Positions 31,596 through 41,518 of a stretch of 64,000 nucleotides of DNA are shown here, in pieces. This stretch comes from a virus. The stretch's first letter is position 1. Each line of letters starts with the position of its first letter. The notes below the pieces were generated by a model. The model made no database searches. It was not told the origin of the DNA and saw only the letters and a program-made list of their open reading frames with translations. The position numbers were made by a program, and so were the translations under genes. The stretch lies in the IMG/VR virus record IMGVR_UViG_3300021375_000007, positions 64,001-128,000 of that record; one strand, given 5' to 3'.

Positions 31596-33374
31596 TTACC
31601 CACCAGTAACGGAATAGTATGGATGGAATATTATTTCTGTTGAGCTAATAGCAGTTCCTATTTGTATTCCTGATTCCATCCTACCATCTTCGTATGCTTC
31701 AAGAGTACCATCGCCTTGCAATAGATATATATTCCCTGGTGTGAGGCCTGTCTGTGAAGAATTAACACCTGATATAGTAACACTTACATTAGATCCACTA
31801 GTACCTGCTGCAGCTGCTAACCCTACTAATCCAGACTGATTCTGAGTACCTTGAACTGCAAATCCGTTATCTGAATTGGTAGCAATTGCACCTGCAAACT
31901 TTCGCGTACTTGGGTTATAATTAACAATGGCAAAAGATGCATCGCTAAACGGTGAGGATGTGTTTATGTCGATATCAGGCAGACTGACCATATTGGCTAG
32001 CCCTAATATACTATCACTTGTAGTAGTCGATGTTTCATTGGCAACTCTACTTCCACCGCCTACAGGACTGATAGTATAAATATTAGCATCTTCACCAACA
32101 GCTACAACCTCCGGAGTACCATCGTCTTGGGCTATAGCTTGTATTACACGTACTACCCCATCTCCTTCGTTTACATTATGATTAAACGTATTACTATCTG
32201 AATAATTAAATACATCTACTGTCTGACTACCTGATAATGAACTTGATATCCCTAGTAATCCTAACTGTGATATGCTGGACATCTGGTTTTGAAGATAAAA
32301 AATACCATACCTACCAGCGGATGATGAAACAGCACTTACTTGTAAATTTACAATACCATTTATCGGATCATAAGTATCACCTAAGGTTGCATAACTTTGA
32401 GAATATGCATTTACTACCGAAGCCGATACCTCAAGAGTTTGTATATTAACTTTATAATATGAAGGTGATTGAGATTTGTCTTGTCTTACTAATCCTGCTA
32501 TTGCCTTATTGGTATCATATTTAGCCATATTAAATGTACCTATAGGGTTTAATGCACTGCTACCTGATTGGGGTAAAGAAGAAATTGTTCCGTAGGCACC
32601 GGCCGGGGTAATTACATCGCTATTATCAACACTTATCACTGTTGCACCGGCACCCATTGCACCAGCATCTAAACCTAAGAAAATAAATTCATTATCATTA
32701 ACTGCTTGCAATCCACTACCTGCGAATGAACCTGAGATTAGTTGGCGTGATGATGTTGTAATTGTATTACTCCTATCAACATTCAAAACCATAAATGAAG
32801 CTGTGGCAGGCATCATAGCACCCCCGGCAACATGAGCGGTATCATAATATTGCAATAAAGCTTTATCTGATTGGTGAGAGGATATATTGAAATAATAATG
32901 TGCATCAGTACCACTTCCCCCTGATCCTAGATAAATATCTCCTATCCCTAGTCTTGATCCCGTAGTAACTGTGGCACCATCTACTGTATAGGCTTCAGCC
33001 CATAAACTATTACTCTGGGTGTCATAAAATGCTATAATATGTTTGTTATCACCTATAGAAGTAGCGTCAATTGATGAGGCTCCTGTGCTTCCTAGTTCAG
33101 TTGCCAATACATATTCTGCTGCTTGTACTATAGTATTACTAACAGCACCATTGGAATCTACGGAAACAGCACGACCATTATCTATACTTTCGGCAGCCGG
33201 AAATGATTTTGTTACGCTATCAGTAGATCCACCTCCACTACCATATACGGTTACATTACCTTCTGAATCTTTGGTAAATAATCCATTTGATTCATTTACT
33301 GAAATTAAAGTCCGGCCTGCACTAGGATTGGCTACTGTTCCTGAATTAACTTGTTTTTGGTATATTCCGCTCAT
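31596..33374 (-). CDS. Putative fibre/decoration protein with beta-rich insert
   Basis: Shared MSGIYQKQVNSG anchor; AAESIDNGRAV and GLTPGNIY...IGTAISSTEI flank a repeated beta region. Confidence 0.55.
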   Translation of the reverse strand: MSGIYQKQVNSGTVANPSAGRTLISVNESNGLFTKDSEGNVTVYGSGGGSTDSVTKSFPAAESIDNGRAVSVDSNGAVSNTIVQAAEYVLATELGSTGASSIDATSIGDNKHIIAFYDTQSNSLWAEAYTVDGATVTTGSRLGIGDIYLGSGGSGTDAHYYFNISSHQSDKALLQYYDTAHVAGGAMMPATASFMVLNVDRSNTITTSSRQLISGSFAGSGLQAVNDNEFIFLGLDAGAMGAGATVISVDNSDVITPAGAYGTISSLPQSGSSALNPIGTFNMAKYDTNKAIAGLVRQDKSQSPSYYKVNIQTLEVSASVVNAYSQSYATLGDTYDPINGIVNLQVSAVSSSAGRYGIFYLQNQMSSISQLGLLGISSSLSGSQTVDVFNYSDSNTFNHNVNEGDGVVRVIQAIAQDDGTPEVVAVGEDANIYTISPVGGGSRVANETSTTTSDSILGLANMVSLPDIDINTSSPFSDASFAIVNYNPSTRKFAGAIATNSDNGFAVQGTQNQSGLVGLAAAAGTSGSNVSVTISGVNSSQTGLTPGNIYLLQGDGTLEAYEDGRMESGIQIGTAISSTEIIFHPYYSVTGG

Positions 33375-33396
33375 TAATGGTCCTTTTTTATATATA

Positions 33397-33750
33397 TCAT
33401 GGGATGAAAACTATCTCGCCGCCGTTGTTCACAATATTTTGATTATTAATAATAGATCCACCGGATATTATAAGAATAGATCCTGGCTGTAATGTTAATA
33501 TTGCATCTAAAGTTAAATTGCCAGAAACTGTTGCAGTCTGGCCGGCTTCGATAGTTACTGGTGATGTTATGACATTTGGTATTGTGCTAACACCACTATC
33601 ACCGCCACCATGAACAAACATACGTGAATAATATTCTAACCGCTCGAGATATCGCTGTTCCTCTAATCGGTATAATCTTGTCTGTTCATTCATCGGTAAC
33701 CGCGCTATATGCGGTTGTCTACTAAATGATCGCCAGGTAAGTTGAAACAT
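33397..33750 (-). CDS. Putative virion protein
   Basis: Late motif upstream; N-terminal motif shared with 36528-38246; GGG linker. Confidence 0.45.
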   Translation of the reverse strand: MFQLTWRSFSRQPHIARLPMNEQTRLYRLEEQRYLERLEYYSRMFVHGGGDSGVSTIPNVITSPVTIEAGQTATVSGNLTLDAILTLQPGSILIISGGSIINNQNIVNNGGEIVFIP

Positions 33751-33779
33751 ATATATCCTTTCAAATAAATATGCGGTTG

Positions 33780-33959
33780 TTATTGAATACTAATGCGTTC
33801 CATTGCAAATTGAATTCTACGTCTAATTTCATTTAACCGCCGTACTGCCTCAGCCGTATCAATAGCTTTTTTATTTGCTAAATCAACGATCATTTGTGAC
33901 ATATTATCTGCCTCATCTAACCGTCGTAAAATTTCGTCTTTATCTCTTACTTGTCCCAT
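33780..33959 (-). CDS. Small hypothetical protein (59 aa, not in track)
   Basis: MGQVRDKDEILRRLDEADNMSQMIVDLANKKAIDTAEAVRRLNEIRRRIQFAMERISIQ; AAGGAG and late motif upstream. Confidence 0.55.
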   Translation of the reverse strand: MGQVRDKDEILRRLDEADNMSQMIVDLANKKAIDTAEAVRRLNEIRRRIQFAMERISIQ

Positions 33960-33960
33960 G

Positions 33961-35013
33961 TTAAAACTCCTTTTCTAAAATTAACTCCCTATCGGGATTA
34001 CTATTATAAATATCGCGATACCTAAGAATCGCTTGCTCTTTGGCCTTGGCCTCGACTACAATATCGATATCTAATCCATATGGATCGATCTGGTCGATAA
34101 TATAATCAGAATGGGCTTGCACTTTGGTCTTGTTAAAGCTAATTGCAATCTCATTGAAGGATGGCCATTTCTCTAATTCATCTAACGGAATATTGTGCTT
34201 AGCACATGCATCTTCTAACAAACGTCTATACTCATCACGCCTAGATTCAGAATAATGAGTACACTGACGAACATCAGCTGGCCAGGTCGTTGAAGCTAAC
34301 TTAAGCGCTTGCTCTTCGCTAAGGTCACTCGAATGAAACTTATGATGGTGGTAATCGAACGTAATAGGAACCCCTAACTCGCTATAGATCAAATCATATA
34401 GCATCTGAGTAGAATACAAACTAGCCTTATCATCATTCTCCACGACTAATCGAGCTCGACATCGATCGGATAACCTAAGCCAATTCTTACGCCATCTAGC
34501 AGCTGCAATTTCAGGCTCACCATACGCGCCACCGATATGAATATTGATCTTGTTCTCAAAGGAAGGCTCATAGCCCATAAGATCCCAAGTCTCGGAATGA
34601 CGCTCAAGACCTATAAGAGACTTAGCAACAACATCTTCTCGAGCTGAAGCAAGGCAATGGTAAGGTCCAGGATGCGTAGTTAATCGATGACCATGCGCAC
34701 GAGCATAATCGCCGGCCTCTCGGAGCACATCTCGAATCTCGTTATACTGAGGCAGGTCATGGAGCTCATACTGGTCATGCCAAGGAAAGAGCTCAGACCC
34801 TACACGGAACAGCTTAATATTATGCTCTTCGTTCCATTCTAAATATTCTAACAAATCAATAGCGTTAAGAAGAGCCAAGTCTCCTAAATAGCTAATACCT
34901 TTGGCTTGCCAGGTCGCCTTACGTGCGGTCCGGGAGGTAGTTACTCTATCTCGGCCGGAACCACGTTTCGGGTTAGTCAGAGCCATATTCATACATGCAT
35001 ATCCTAATCTCAT
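33961..35013 (-). CDS. uvsE: UV damage endonuclease UvsE/UvdE
   Basis: MRLGYAC, LFRVGSELFP, RLTTHPG, NIHIGG, LVVENDD, ITFDYHHH, HYSES, AHSDY, VEAKAKE. Confidence 0.93.
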   Translation of the reverse strand: MRLGYACMNMALTNPKRGSGRDRVTTSRTARKATWQAKGISYLGDLALLNAIDLLEYLEWNEEHNIKLFRVGSELFPWHDQYELHDLPQYNEIRDVLREAGDYARAHGHRLTTHPGPYHCLASAREDVVAKSLIGLERHSETWDLMGYEPSFENKINIHIGGAYGEPEIAAARWRKNWLRLSDRCRARLVVENDDKASLYSTQMLYDLIYSELGVPITFDYHHHKFHSSDLSEEQALKLASTTWPADVRQCTHYSESRRDEYRRLLEDACAKHNIPLDELEKWPSFNEIAISFNKTKVQAHSDYIIDQIDPYGLDIDIVVEAKAKEQAILRYRDIYNSNPDRELILEKEF

Positions 35014-35051
35014 ACTATAAAAATAAGTAAATAATTAATAAAATCCTAATT

Positions 35052-35528
35052 TCAAAATAATGTATTATGCTTCTGGTCATACAGCCATTCGTCACATTCA
35101 TAATCAAGGAACTCCATTTCATCCTCGGTTAACTCTCTAACCGTTTCAATCTTCTTTCCTTGATGATCCGTTACGGAAGTAAGGTATCCGGTTTGGAAAT
35201 AAGCATCGGTAAAATTTGGATAATCAGAACCACTTACATTTTGCAAATCATCCATCTGAATGCGCTTTTCACTAATCGCTTCTAACAGGTGAAGATTGCT
35301 AACAAGCTGCTTAATACGGTTTAGGTTATTGCTCTTATTCTTGGCGCTAGCTACGATAAGCTGAATCTGCACTCCTGGGTCAAGGTCATTACCACCATGG
35401 CTCTTTGTCCATTCGGGGTTGGCAACTGCCTTATCAGCAATCTCTGCAATTGCACTCATTTCTGGTGACTGGTTGTCACTCTTTGCCATTTTGGCTACTC
35501 TCTTAAAATACTCTATCATATCATTCAT
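35052..35528 (-). CDS. Hypothetical early protein
   Basis: Own early promoter and leader. Confidence 0.55.
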   Translation of the reverse strand: MNDMIEYFKRVAKMAKSDNQSPEMSAIAEIADKAVANPEWTKSHGGNDLDPGVQIQLIVASAKNKSNNLNRIKQLVSNLHLLEAISEKRIQMDDLQNVSGSDYPNFTDAYFQTGYLTSVTDHQGKKIETVRELTEDEMEFLDYECDEWLYDQKHNTLF

Positions 35529-35545
35529 TCTTTAAAGGTTATATC

Positions 35546-35577
35546 TAAAGATAGGGAATTGAATCCAAAGTACCAAA
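35546..35577 (-). promoter_or_regulatory. Early promoter, Bacteroidota-type
   Basis: TTTG-N20-TATCTTTA, then ATAACCTTTAAAGAATG. Confidence 0.7.
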
Positions 35578-36018
35578 TTATTTGGTATCTTTTTTCTCGA
35601 TTTTAATACTAAATTCACTACGACTATTAAACAAGGCACGTTCATGAACACTTAAAGAGAACAGCCATTTAGCGAGAGCCTTCGTACCATATGTTTTATG
35701 ATTTAAAATTTTCTCTAATTCACCTAACATACGAGTTACATCATGCTCAACATGCTCATCATGCCAAGCCTGCAGATCTTCCGGCATTGAAATTCCATCT
35801 AACGCTAATATATTAGTAGCAGTACATAATAATTTAGTCGCTCTGTTTTGCCCTTTGGCAAATTCCGCGGCCTTTGATTCTAATTCTGCTAAACGCTTGC
35901 CATCCCCCAGGCTTTCAAGCTCGTCAATTCTTTTCTCCAAGGAAGATATATCCTTCATCATTCCTTGGGTTCTATGATCATCTAAATAATTCATAGCACT
36001 AACATCACTACAAGGCAT
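35578..36018 (-). CDS. Hypothetical protein
   Basis: MPC start, LC...WHDEH..HD motif. Confidence 0.55.
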   Translation of the reverse strand: MPCSDVSAMNYLDDHRTQGMMKDISSLEKRIDELESLGDGKRLAELESKAAEFAKGQNRATKLLCTATNILALDGISMPEDLQAWHDEHVEHDVTRMLGELEKILNHKTYGTKALAKWLFSLSVHERALFNSRSEFSIKIEKKDTK

Positions 36019-36043
36019 ATTCTATAAAATTTAAGATTAATAA

Positions 36044-36451
36044 TTAATAATTAACTGGCATCAATTCCCGCTGGCGCTTAATCTCTGCGATTATCTCGGC
36101 ACCTTCCTCGGTATAGGTATCATACTCAAGAAACTCAGTGCATTGGTCATTCCAAGTCACATTGCAAATAAAGTCCCCATTTGGCTTAGGTGATTCAACA
36201 TTTACAAAAGCCTCAGGCTTAGCAATTCTAAGCGATTCTGCCATCTCACATGCTTGGCGCATGGTAACATTCTCAAGCTTGATCACGGTCTTGGCCGCTC
36301 TCATTGCTTTCATAAAAGGTTCATACCATAGATCATCATGGACAGCTTTATTGAAAGCTTCAATTTTACCACGAACAACGTCATCAACGCCAATCGTAAT
36401 ATTTAACTCATCATGCACTCGGGTCATAAAATCTTGATTCATCTTACTCAT
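36044..36451 (-). CDS. Hypothetical early protein
   Basis: Own early promoter and leader. Confidence 0.55.
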   Translation of the reverse strand: MSKMNQDFMTRVHDELNITIGVDDVVRGKIEAFNKAVHDDLWYEPFMKAMRAAKTVIKLENVTMRQACEMAESLRIAKPEAFVNVESPKPNGDFICNVTWNDQCTEFLEYDTYTEEGAEIIAEIKRQRELMPVNY

Positions 36452-36469
36452 TCTTTAAAGGTTTATATC

Positions 36470-36501
36470 TAAAGATGGCGAAAAGATCAACGCGAACCAA
36501 A
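36470..36501 (-). promoter_or_regulatory. Early promoter
   Basis: TTTG GTTCGCGT..(N20) CATCTTTA. Confidence 0.7.
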
Positions 36502-36527
36502 TAAAAGTTGAAAAAAGTTAAAAAAAG

Positions 36528-38246
36528 TTAGCGTATATTGATTCTAAAGTCAGGTTCTCGTGAATCAACCTTATCCCAGGTAGCATCGCTCCGGAAAATG
36601 CTAATATAATATTTTGTTTCCATCCTACCACCGCTGCTATTACTATATTCATACCGACTATTATCAGTGCTATATATAATTCTATGCGAGGTACCATCTG
36701 TAGAATCTGCACTAACGTTGGTATCAGTCGTATTAGTGACGCGTAAGCTCGGAGCGCTCCGGTCAGGTAAATTATTCCATCCACCTCTAAAAACCAATTG
36801 CAATGTATACCGGCCGCGCGGTAAATAATTTGCTGCTGGTGGATCTACCTCGCGAGTGCTAAGTATTCTATATTCCGGGTTACTTAATGTTATCTGGGTA
36901 ACCTTATCATTTATAATTGTAGTTGTAGTGCCGATAATTTCCTTACTTCTTTTCTGGTAATTAGTAGCGCCGGCAAACCGTATTGAATCTTTATTAATGT
37001 TTAAGTACTGGCCTATTTCAAGTCTAGTAATTACTTCAACCGTACCAGTAACAGCATCACCAGATAATGTATATGATTGGCCGTTTGCTTCTTGCGTAAA
37101 TGTCATACCACCTAAGCTCTGCCAGGAAACTGTATTTTTTATGGCAGATGTTTTATCTGTATCATTTTCCTTTCCAGATTCGAGTTTGGCAATACTGCCG
37201 GTAGATTGATTTTTTAAATTATTAATAGTTTTAAATGTAGCCGATCTACCTCTTCCTAACTTATTTGTCTCCTCGATATACTCATGCTTAACTCCACGGT
37301 TTACAGCTTGAATTTGTGTTGTAAGATAATTAGCAGATAATGCTTCTGACTGTGCCAGACTGGCTAATTCAGTACGTACATTATCAACTTGAGTGTTTAT
37401 AGTATCTCGTGCCGTAGTATTTAAACTACCGGTAGAGGTCCATGCATTACCATTAGGTAGTGTAACATCATCAAATAATGTTGTAGTATCAATAGCATTT
37501 AATGATCCCGTTGTTCCTTGAATCTGCCTGGCGATAGACCGGTATGCTTCAATTTTAGCTGCGTCATCTGTAAAATTAGAACCATCGGCGCCGTATACTG
37601 CACTACCAACCATCTCCGTAACACTTTCTAGATATGTTGCAATTGATTGAGCTGCGATTGCCGGCTGTCGCTTATTTAAAATTGCCTCGCCTACGTAATC
37701 TTTATTAAGCATTACATCCTTATCAGCTAAATCCAATTGAATGCCAAATAATGTACTTGAACTTACAAATAATAAATTTATAGCTGAATCAGGTGTTAGT
37801 GACGCATCTACTTCTTTAAGATGGTATGCTAATGTAGTTAATGGTGATATTGTTTTGTATTCTGGAAAGCCAACCAATCTACCTGTATATGGAATTCCTG
37901 TAACAGAATCAGTACCACCGGTTACTATTATTTCTCCGGTAGGAGTATCATCAAACGTAAATATACCAGTTGCATTGCTAATCGTACTACCTAAATTACA
38001 AGTAACAGTAGCACCATTTAATGGCCCATCAGAAGCTTGCCCTGTATATGTATTACCGGCTGCACCAGCTCCTAACCAACTACTATTATTAAATTTATAA
38101 TGTAGCGATTCCTCTTTAACAAATTTATGTCGACGTTCTTCCGTTGTCAAAGGTCTATTATCTTCGCGTATACAGAACTGCTGCCAGGTACCTGGATGGG
38201 GATAAGGCGATTGCCAATTTAATTTAATTCTAGGATCTCTATTCAT
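36528..38246 (-). CDS. Putative virion surface protein
   Basis: Late motif at 38251-38259; ASDGPLNGATV...GGTDSVTG...ISPLTTL resembles a bacterial surface-protein domain. Confidence 0.5.
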   Translation of the reverse strand: MNRDPRIKLNWQSPYPHPGTWQQFCIREDNRPLTTEERRHKFVKEESLHYKFNNSSWLGAGAAGNTYTGQASDGPLNGATVTCNLGSTISNATGIFTFDDTPTGEIIVTGGTDSVTGIPYTGRLVGFPEYKTISPLTTLAYHLKEVDASLTPDSAINLLFVSSSTLFGIQLDLADKDVMLNKDYVGEAILNKRQPAIAAQSIATYLESVTEMVGSAVYGADGSNFTDDAAKIEAYRSIARQIQGTTGSLNAIDTTTLFDDVTLPNGNAWTSTGSLNTTARDTINTQVDNVRTELASLAQSEALSANYLTTQIQAVNRGVKHEYIEETNKLGRGRSATFKTINNLKNQSTGSIAKLESGKENDTDKTSAIKNTVSWQSLGGMTFTQEANGQSYTLSGDAVTGTVEVITRLEIGQYLNINKDSIRFAGATNYQKRSKEIIGTTTTIINDKVTQITLSNPEYRILSTREVDPPAANYLPRGRYTLQLVFRGGWNNLPDRSAPSLRVTNTTDTNVSADSTDGTSHRIIYSTDNSRYEYSNSSGGRMETKYYISIFRSDATWDKVDSREPDFRINIR

Positions 38247-38269
38247 CGATTATAAATATGCCAAGCATA

Positions 38270-38455
38270 TTAATCAATTATTTCTGCTTCTGGTACTTGA
38301 ATGCAGAACCATAGCTTACCATCGCGCCGCAGGACGGTATCAACTCCTAGGTGCTCTTTCCATGCATTAATAATAGGCTGGTGAGACTCCCATATAGTTC
38401 GTTTAACGATATATAAGTTATCGTTATAATTGATTATATGATCGGATGGACTCAT
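38270..38455 (-). CDS. Hypothetical protein
   Basis: Fits gene packing. Confidence 0.5.
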   Translation of the reverse strand: MSPSDHIINYNDNLYIVKRTIWESHQPIINAWKEHLGVDTVLRRDGKLWFCIQVPEAEIID

Positions 38456-38484
38456 GTCGTATATAAACGTATTTGAGGTAATAA

Positions 38485-38985
38485 ACTGATAAGCAGGTCG
38501 GTCTAGTTAATTACTTAATTGTAACTGATTGAGGTTTGTTTTCCTCTGATTGCGGAATGCTAAGCTGTAGTAATCCGTTTTGGAGTTTAGCGTCTAGACC
38601 ACTTAGGTCGAACTTTCTACTAATTCTCCAGCCCATATTAAAAGCTCGTTTTGCGATATTACGTTGAATATATTCTACAGGATCATCGATCTTGTTTTTT
38701 TTGTATTCAACGCGTAAGATATCTCCTTCGATAGTAATATCAATATCTTTCTTTGTTAGACCAACACATGCAATATCAATATTCAATGAATCATTTGACT
38801 CATGAATATCTACTGGATGCTTAAATCTGATTTGGTTGAATGGAGCGAATTCCCCATCTGCAATAAAAAAATCCTTAAAAAGGATGTCGAATGGCGATGT
38901 GCCAAAGTGTGTTAAATTTCCCATGATAAATCTCCTTAGATGATTTGTTAATTAATAAAAAGTGACCGACCTGCTAAGTATCAGT
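38485..38985. repeat. Inverted repeat pair flanking hsp20
   Basis: actgataagcaggtcggtc (38485-38503) vs gaccgacctgct-aag-tatcagt (38964-38985). Confidence 0.85.
38511..38924 (-). CDS. Small heat shock protein Hsp20/IbpA family
   Basis: PVDIHE, IDITIEGDILRV, RNIAKRAF, AKLQNGLLQLSIP. Confidence 0.92.
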   Translation of the reverse strand: MGNLTHFGTSPFDILFKDFFIADGEFAPFNQIRFKHPVDIHESNDSLNIDIACVGLTKKDIDITIEGDILRVEYKKNKIDDPVEYIQRNIAKRAFNMGWRISRKFDLSGLDAKLQNGLLQLSIPQSEENKPQSVTIK

Positions 38986-38999
38986 CTATAATAAATATA

Positions 39000-39449
39000 T
39001 TAGTTAGGACAAATTGGATTAGCTCGTCCTATAATGGTATAACATTTAAAATAACGATAAATGTCTTGGTCTGATTTTTTGACATCTTTTATCTGCTTTA
39101 ATACAATGCCGTCATTCATAACCATTTTAAATATCCAGGCACGTAATAATTTAAGACTAGTACAATTAACATGCAGCCTACCATTATACACAGATAATAC
39201 TAGCCTAGATTTAGTAGTGAAATCATAATATTCTTCATATGCAACCATATGATTATGATCTGTTAGTGATTGTGAATCTTCTTCAAGATCTATTTCAATC
39301 TCTTCCTCCATCTCCTCAAGGCCAGAAGTTAATGAATATTCTTTATGCATGAACTGGCAATCCCATAAGAATTCAATCTTCTCATACGACTCGAGTTCTC
39401 TTAAGAATTCAAAATCATCTCTTGTTATGTGAAGATCGTCTAAGTTCAT
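39000..39449 (-). CDS. Hypothetical protein
   Basis: Acidic ORF, operon packing. Confidence 0.5.
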   Translation of the reverse strand: MNLDDLHITRDDFEFLRELESYEKIEFLWDCQFMHKEYSLTSGLEEMEEEIEIDLEEDSQSLTDHNHMVAYEEYYDFTTKSRLVLSVYNGRLHVNCTSLKLLRAWIFKMVMNDGIVLKQIKDVKKSDQDIYRYFKCYTIIGRANPICPN

Positions 39450-39609
39450 TTATATATATTTGAGTTGCGACACGCGTATAATCAGTGCCATGGGTTTCAA
39501 AGTGAGCTTTAAATCCTGACAGGAATTGCTTTAAATTTAACAACCGCCGTTCCAAATCTTTAATTTCTAGAATCTCGGTAATCACTATTTCCATTTGTTC
39601 TGAAATCAT
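39415..39609 (-). CDS. Hypothetical protein
   Basis: Late motif at 39626-39634. Confidence 0.5.
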   Translation of the reverse strand: MISEQMEIVITEILEIKDLERRLLNLKQFLSGFKAHFETHGTDYTRVATQIYINELRRSSHNKR

Positions 39610-39653
39610 CTAAGCCTTATTTTTATATAAATATGTTACGCAGGCAGTAACCC

Positions 39654-39673
39654 GGGCAGGTATTACCCTGCCC
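39654..39673. terminator. GC-rich hairpin, possible terminator
   Basis: gggcagg-tattac-cctgccc just downstream of 39683-39952; no U-tract. Confidence 0.4.
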
Positions 39674-39682
39674 TACGCTACT

Positions 39683-39952
39683 TTACCGACCTGATAATCC
39701 TAAAGAATATCCTTTATTAACCGCTTCTTTGGCCTCACGAACTGTTTGCTCGATAAGATTAAGCTCTGAAAAGGTTAATGGAAATCGCTTATTACCAATT
39801 TCAAATGTACCTACTACCGGCTTATTTGGATTATCTCTAAATTCATCCACACTATAATCTGATTTAATTTCGAAATCAATTGAATTATAAAATTTACCTA
39901 ATTTTTCCGTGCGTTTTGTATCAAATCCAAAACTGTTATTAATTCTACCCAT
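39683..39952 (-). CDS. Hypothetical protein
   Basis: Operon packing. Confidence 0.5.
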   Translation of the reverse strand: MGRINNSFGFDTKRTEKLGKFYNSIDFEIKSDYSVDEFRDNPNKPVVGTFEIGNKRFPLTFSELNLIEQTVREAKEAVNKGYSLGLSGR

Positions 39953-39953
39953 C

Positions 39954-40694
39954 TTACTTATAAATAATTAAACTAAACATACCATCCGCAAAGGAATGAT
40001 CTAAAGCCACATACCCATTTTTGTCTGCAACTAATTTTAAAACTCTATTTAGAGTATCACCGGCATTAAATACCGATATAGCTTCCACATCATCATTGAT
40101 GAGGTCACTTGCAAGTAAAAGAATAACTCCTTTCTCACATTTATCAAACATTGTTAATACTGTCTTATCAAAATATTCCATATCAGATGTAACAGTATCA
40201 GCATCATATCTCATATTAAGAGATCCAACGTTTATACACCAATCAGCCATATCATATTGAGCGGTATCATTCCAATCACCACAAATAATTTGCGCGTTAG
40301 GATATACCTTAAGGCCTGCATTGATAAGAGGTTCACTTAAATCAATACCTCGGTAATTTGGTTCTTTGTTATATGTCTGCGTATACCAGGCATAAAAGTC
40401 TCCACGACCACAGCCAAAGTCCATAATAGTATCATCCTCTCCGAAGTAAGGTGCAATTGTAGAATAAATACCAAACTGCTGTTCTCTGTTACCATAACCA
40501 ACAGCTTCAGGTGCATATTCTAAATAATCGGCAGGCAATGCCGGATTATCCATTTCTGGTAATTCTGTCGCATTTACATCTTCCGGTGGAAAGTTTTCAT
40601 TATAAGCTTCCACCTGCAGATCTTCTTCCTGGATATCAATTTCTTTTGCGAAATCCGGATCGATCATTTTCTTAATTAAGCTCTTAACTCCCAT
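39954..40694 (-). CDS. Class I SAM-dependent methyltransferase
   Basis: IMDFGCGRGD motif I, YRGIDLS motif II; start reassigned to MGVKSL. Confidence 0.8.
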   Translation of the reverse strand: MGVKSLIKKMIDPDFAKEIDIQEEDLQVEAYNENFPPEDVNATELPEMDNPALPADYLEYAPEAVGYGNREQQFGIYSTIAPYFGEDDTIMDFGCGRGDFYAWYTQTYNKEPNYRGIDLSEPLINAGLKVYPNAQIICGDWNDTAQYDMADWCINVGSLNMRYDADTVTSDMEYFDKTVLTMFDKCEKGVILLLASDLINDDVEAISVFNAGDTLNRVLKLVADKNGYVALDHSFADGMFSLIIYK

Positions 40695-40971
40695 TGGTCC
40701 TCCCTTTATTTCTACGTCTACTATAACGTGATTTTTTTCTTTCATCCGAACTCAGCCCCATTCGGTTAGGATGCGTTCTATCAAAATGCTGTTTAGTGCG
40801 CATTGATAAAGCTGCATACTCCCATGCTGATGAAGGATCGCTTGTAGCAGGCATTAAGAATTCATCATTTAGATTTAATTCCCCTACCTGTACAAAACAT
40901 TCTCCATTCATCCCATGGTGTAGTTTTGCGTCCGGATATTTAAGCAGGACTTTTTTCTGTTCCTTCGTCAT
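40684..40971 (-). CDS. Hypothetical protein
   Basis: Operon packing. Confidence 0.5.
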   Translation of the reverse strand: MTKEQKKVLLKYPDAKLHHGMNGECFVQVGELNLNDEFLMPATSDPSSAWEYAALSMRTKQHFDRTHPNRMGLSSDERKKSRYSRRRNKGRTNGS

Positions 40972-41302
40972 CTAGCATCGTTGTCATGTTATTAAATAGG
41001 TTAGGCTCATCACCATTTAACCAGAAAGCAGAAGGTTGTGTACCATCGGCATAGTTACCAATCCATCCTACTTTAAGATTGGTAGTAATTTCACCACTAC
41101 CGATTAACTTGTTAGTTAGAACGGAATCGATATATTGATTTAGTTTCGGCTTATCTACAGCGCTATAGCTATACATCGTACCTTTTTCGGACATTACATC
41201 ATAAGTATCCCCAGTGTTTTTATTATGGTGGATATCTACTACTTGTCCAACTTGATTTGAATCATAATACTTGATTATGACATTTTCTCCAATACTATAC
41301 AT
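40940..41302 (-). CDS. Hypothetical protein (SH3/KOW-like N-terminus)
   Basis: YSIGENV...GQVV...YDV. Confidence 0.45.
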   Translation of the reverse strand: MYSIGENVIIKYYDSNQVGQVVDIHHNKNTGDTYDVMSEKGTMYSYSAVDKPKLNQYIDSVLTNKLIGSGEITTNLKVGWIGNYADGTQPSAFWLNGDEPNLFNNMTTMLDDEGTEKSPA

Positions 41303-41323
41303 TTAAAATTGTTTAGAGGGTTA

Positions 41324-41518
41324 TTAAATAACTTTACAAATTCTGGATTGAGAAACTCCTTTCACTTCAAATTCAACTCCATCATTTTTGAAGTCTTCAT
41401 TTACTTTGGTTTCTGCATGTGTCACTGATACGGCATCAACAAGATAGGATTCCGTAACCCACTTAACACCCTTTGGGGTATCAGTGGCAATTTTTACTTT
41501 TGCTACATAAAATGGCAT
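41324..41518 (-). CDS. DUF4494-like protein
   Basis: VTESYLVDAVSVTHAETKV motif of the Bacteroidota DUF4494 family. Confidence 0.7.
   Translation of the reverse strand: MPFYVAKVKIATDTPKGVKWVTESYLVDAVSVTHAETKVNEDFKNDGVEFEVKGVSQSRICKVI

Noticed and set aside
36518-36784. Alternate-frame minus-strand ORFs (36518-36784, 10315-10521, 51083-51349)
   Set aside because: They are nested in longer same-strand genes with no independent start signals.
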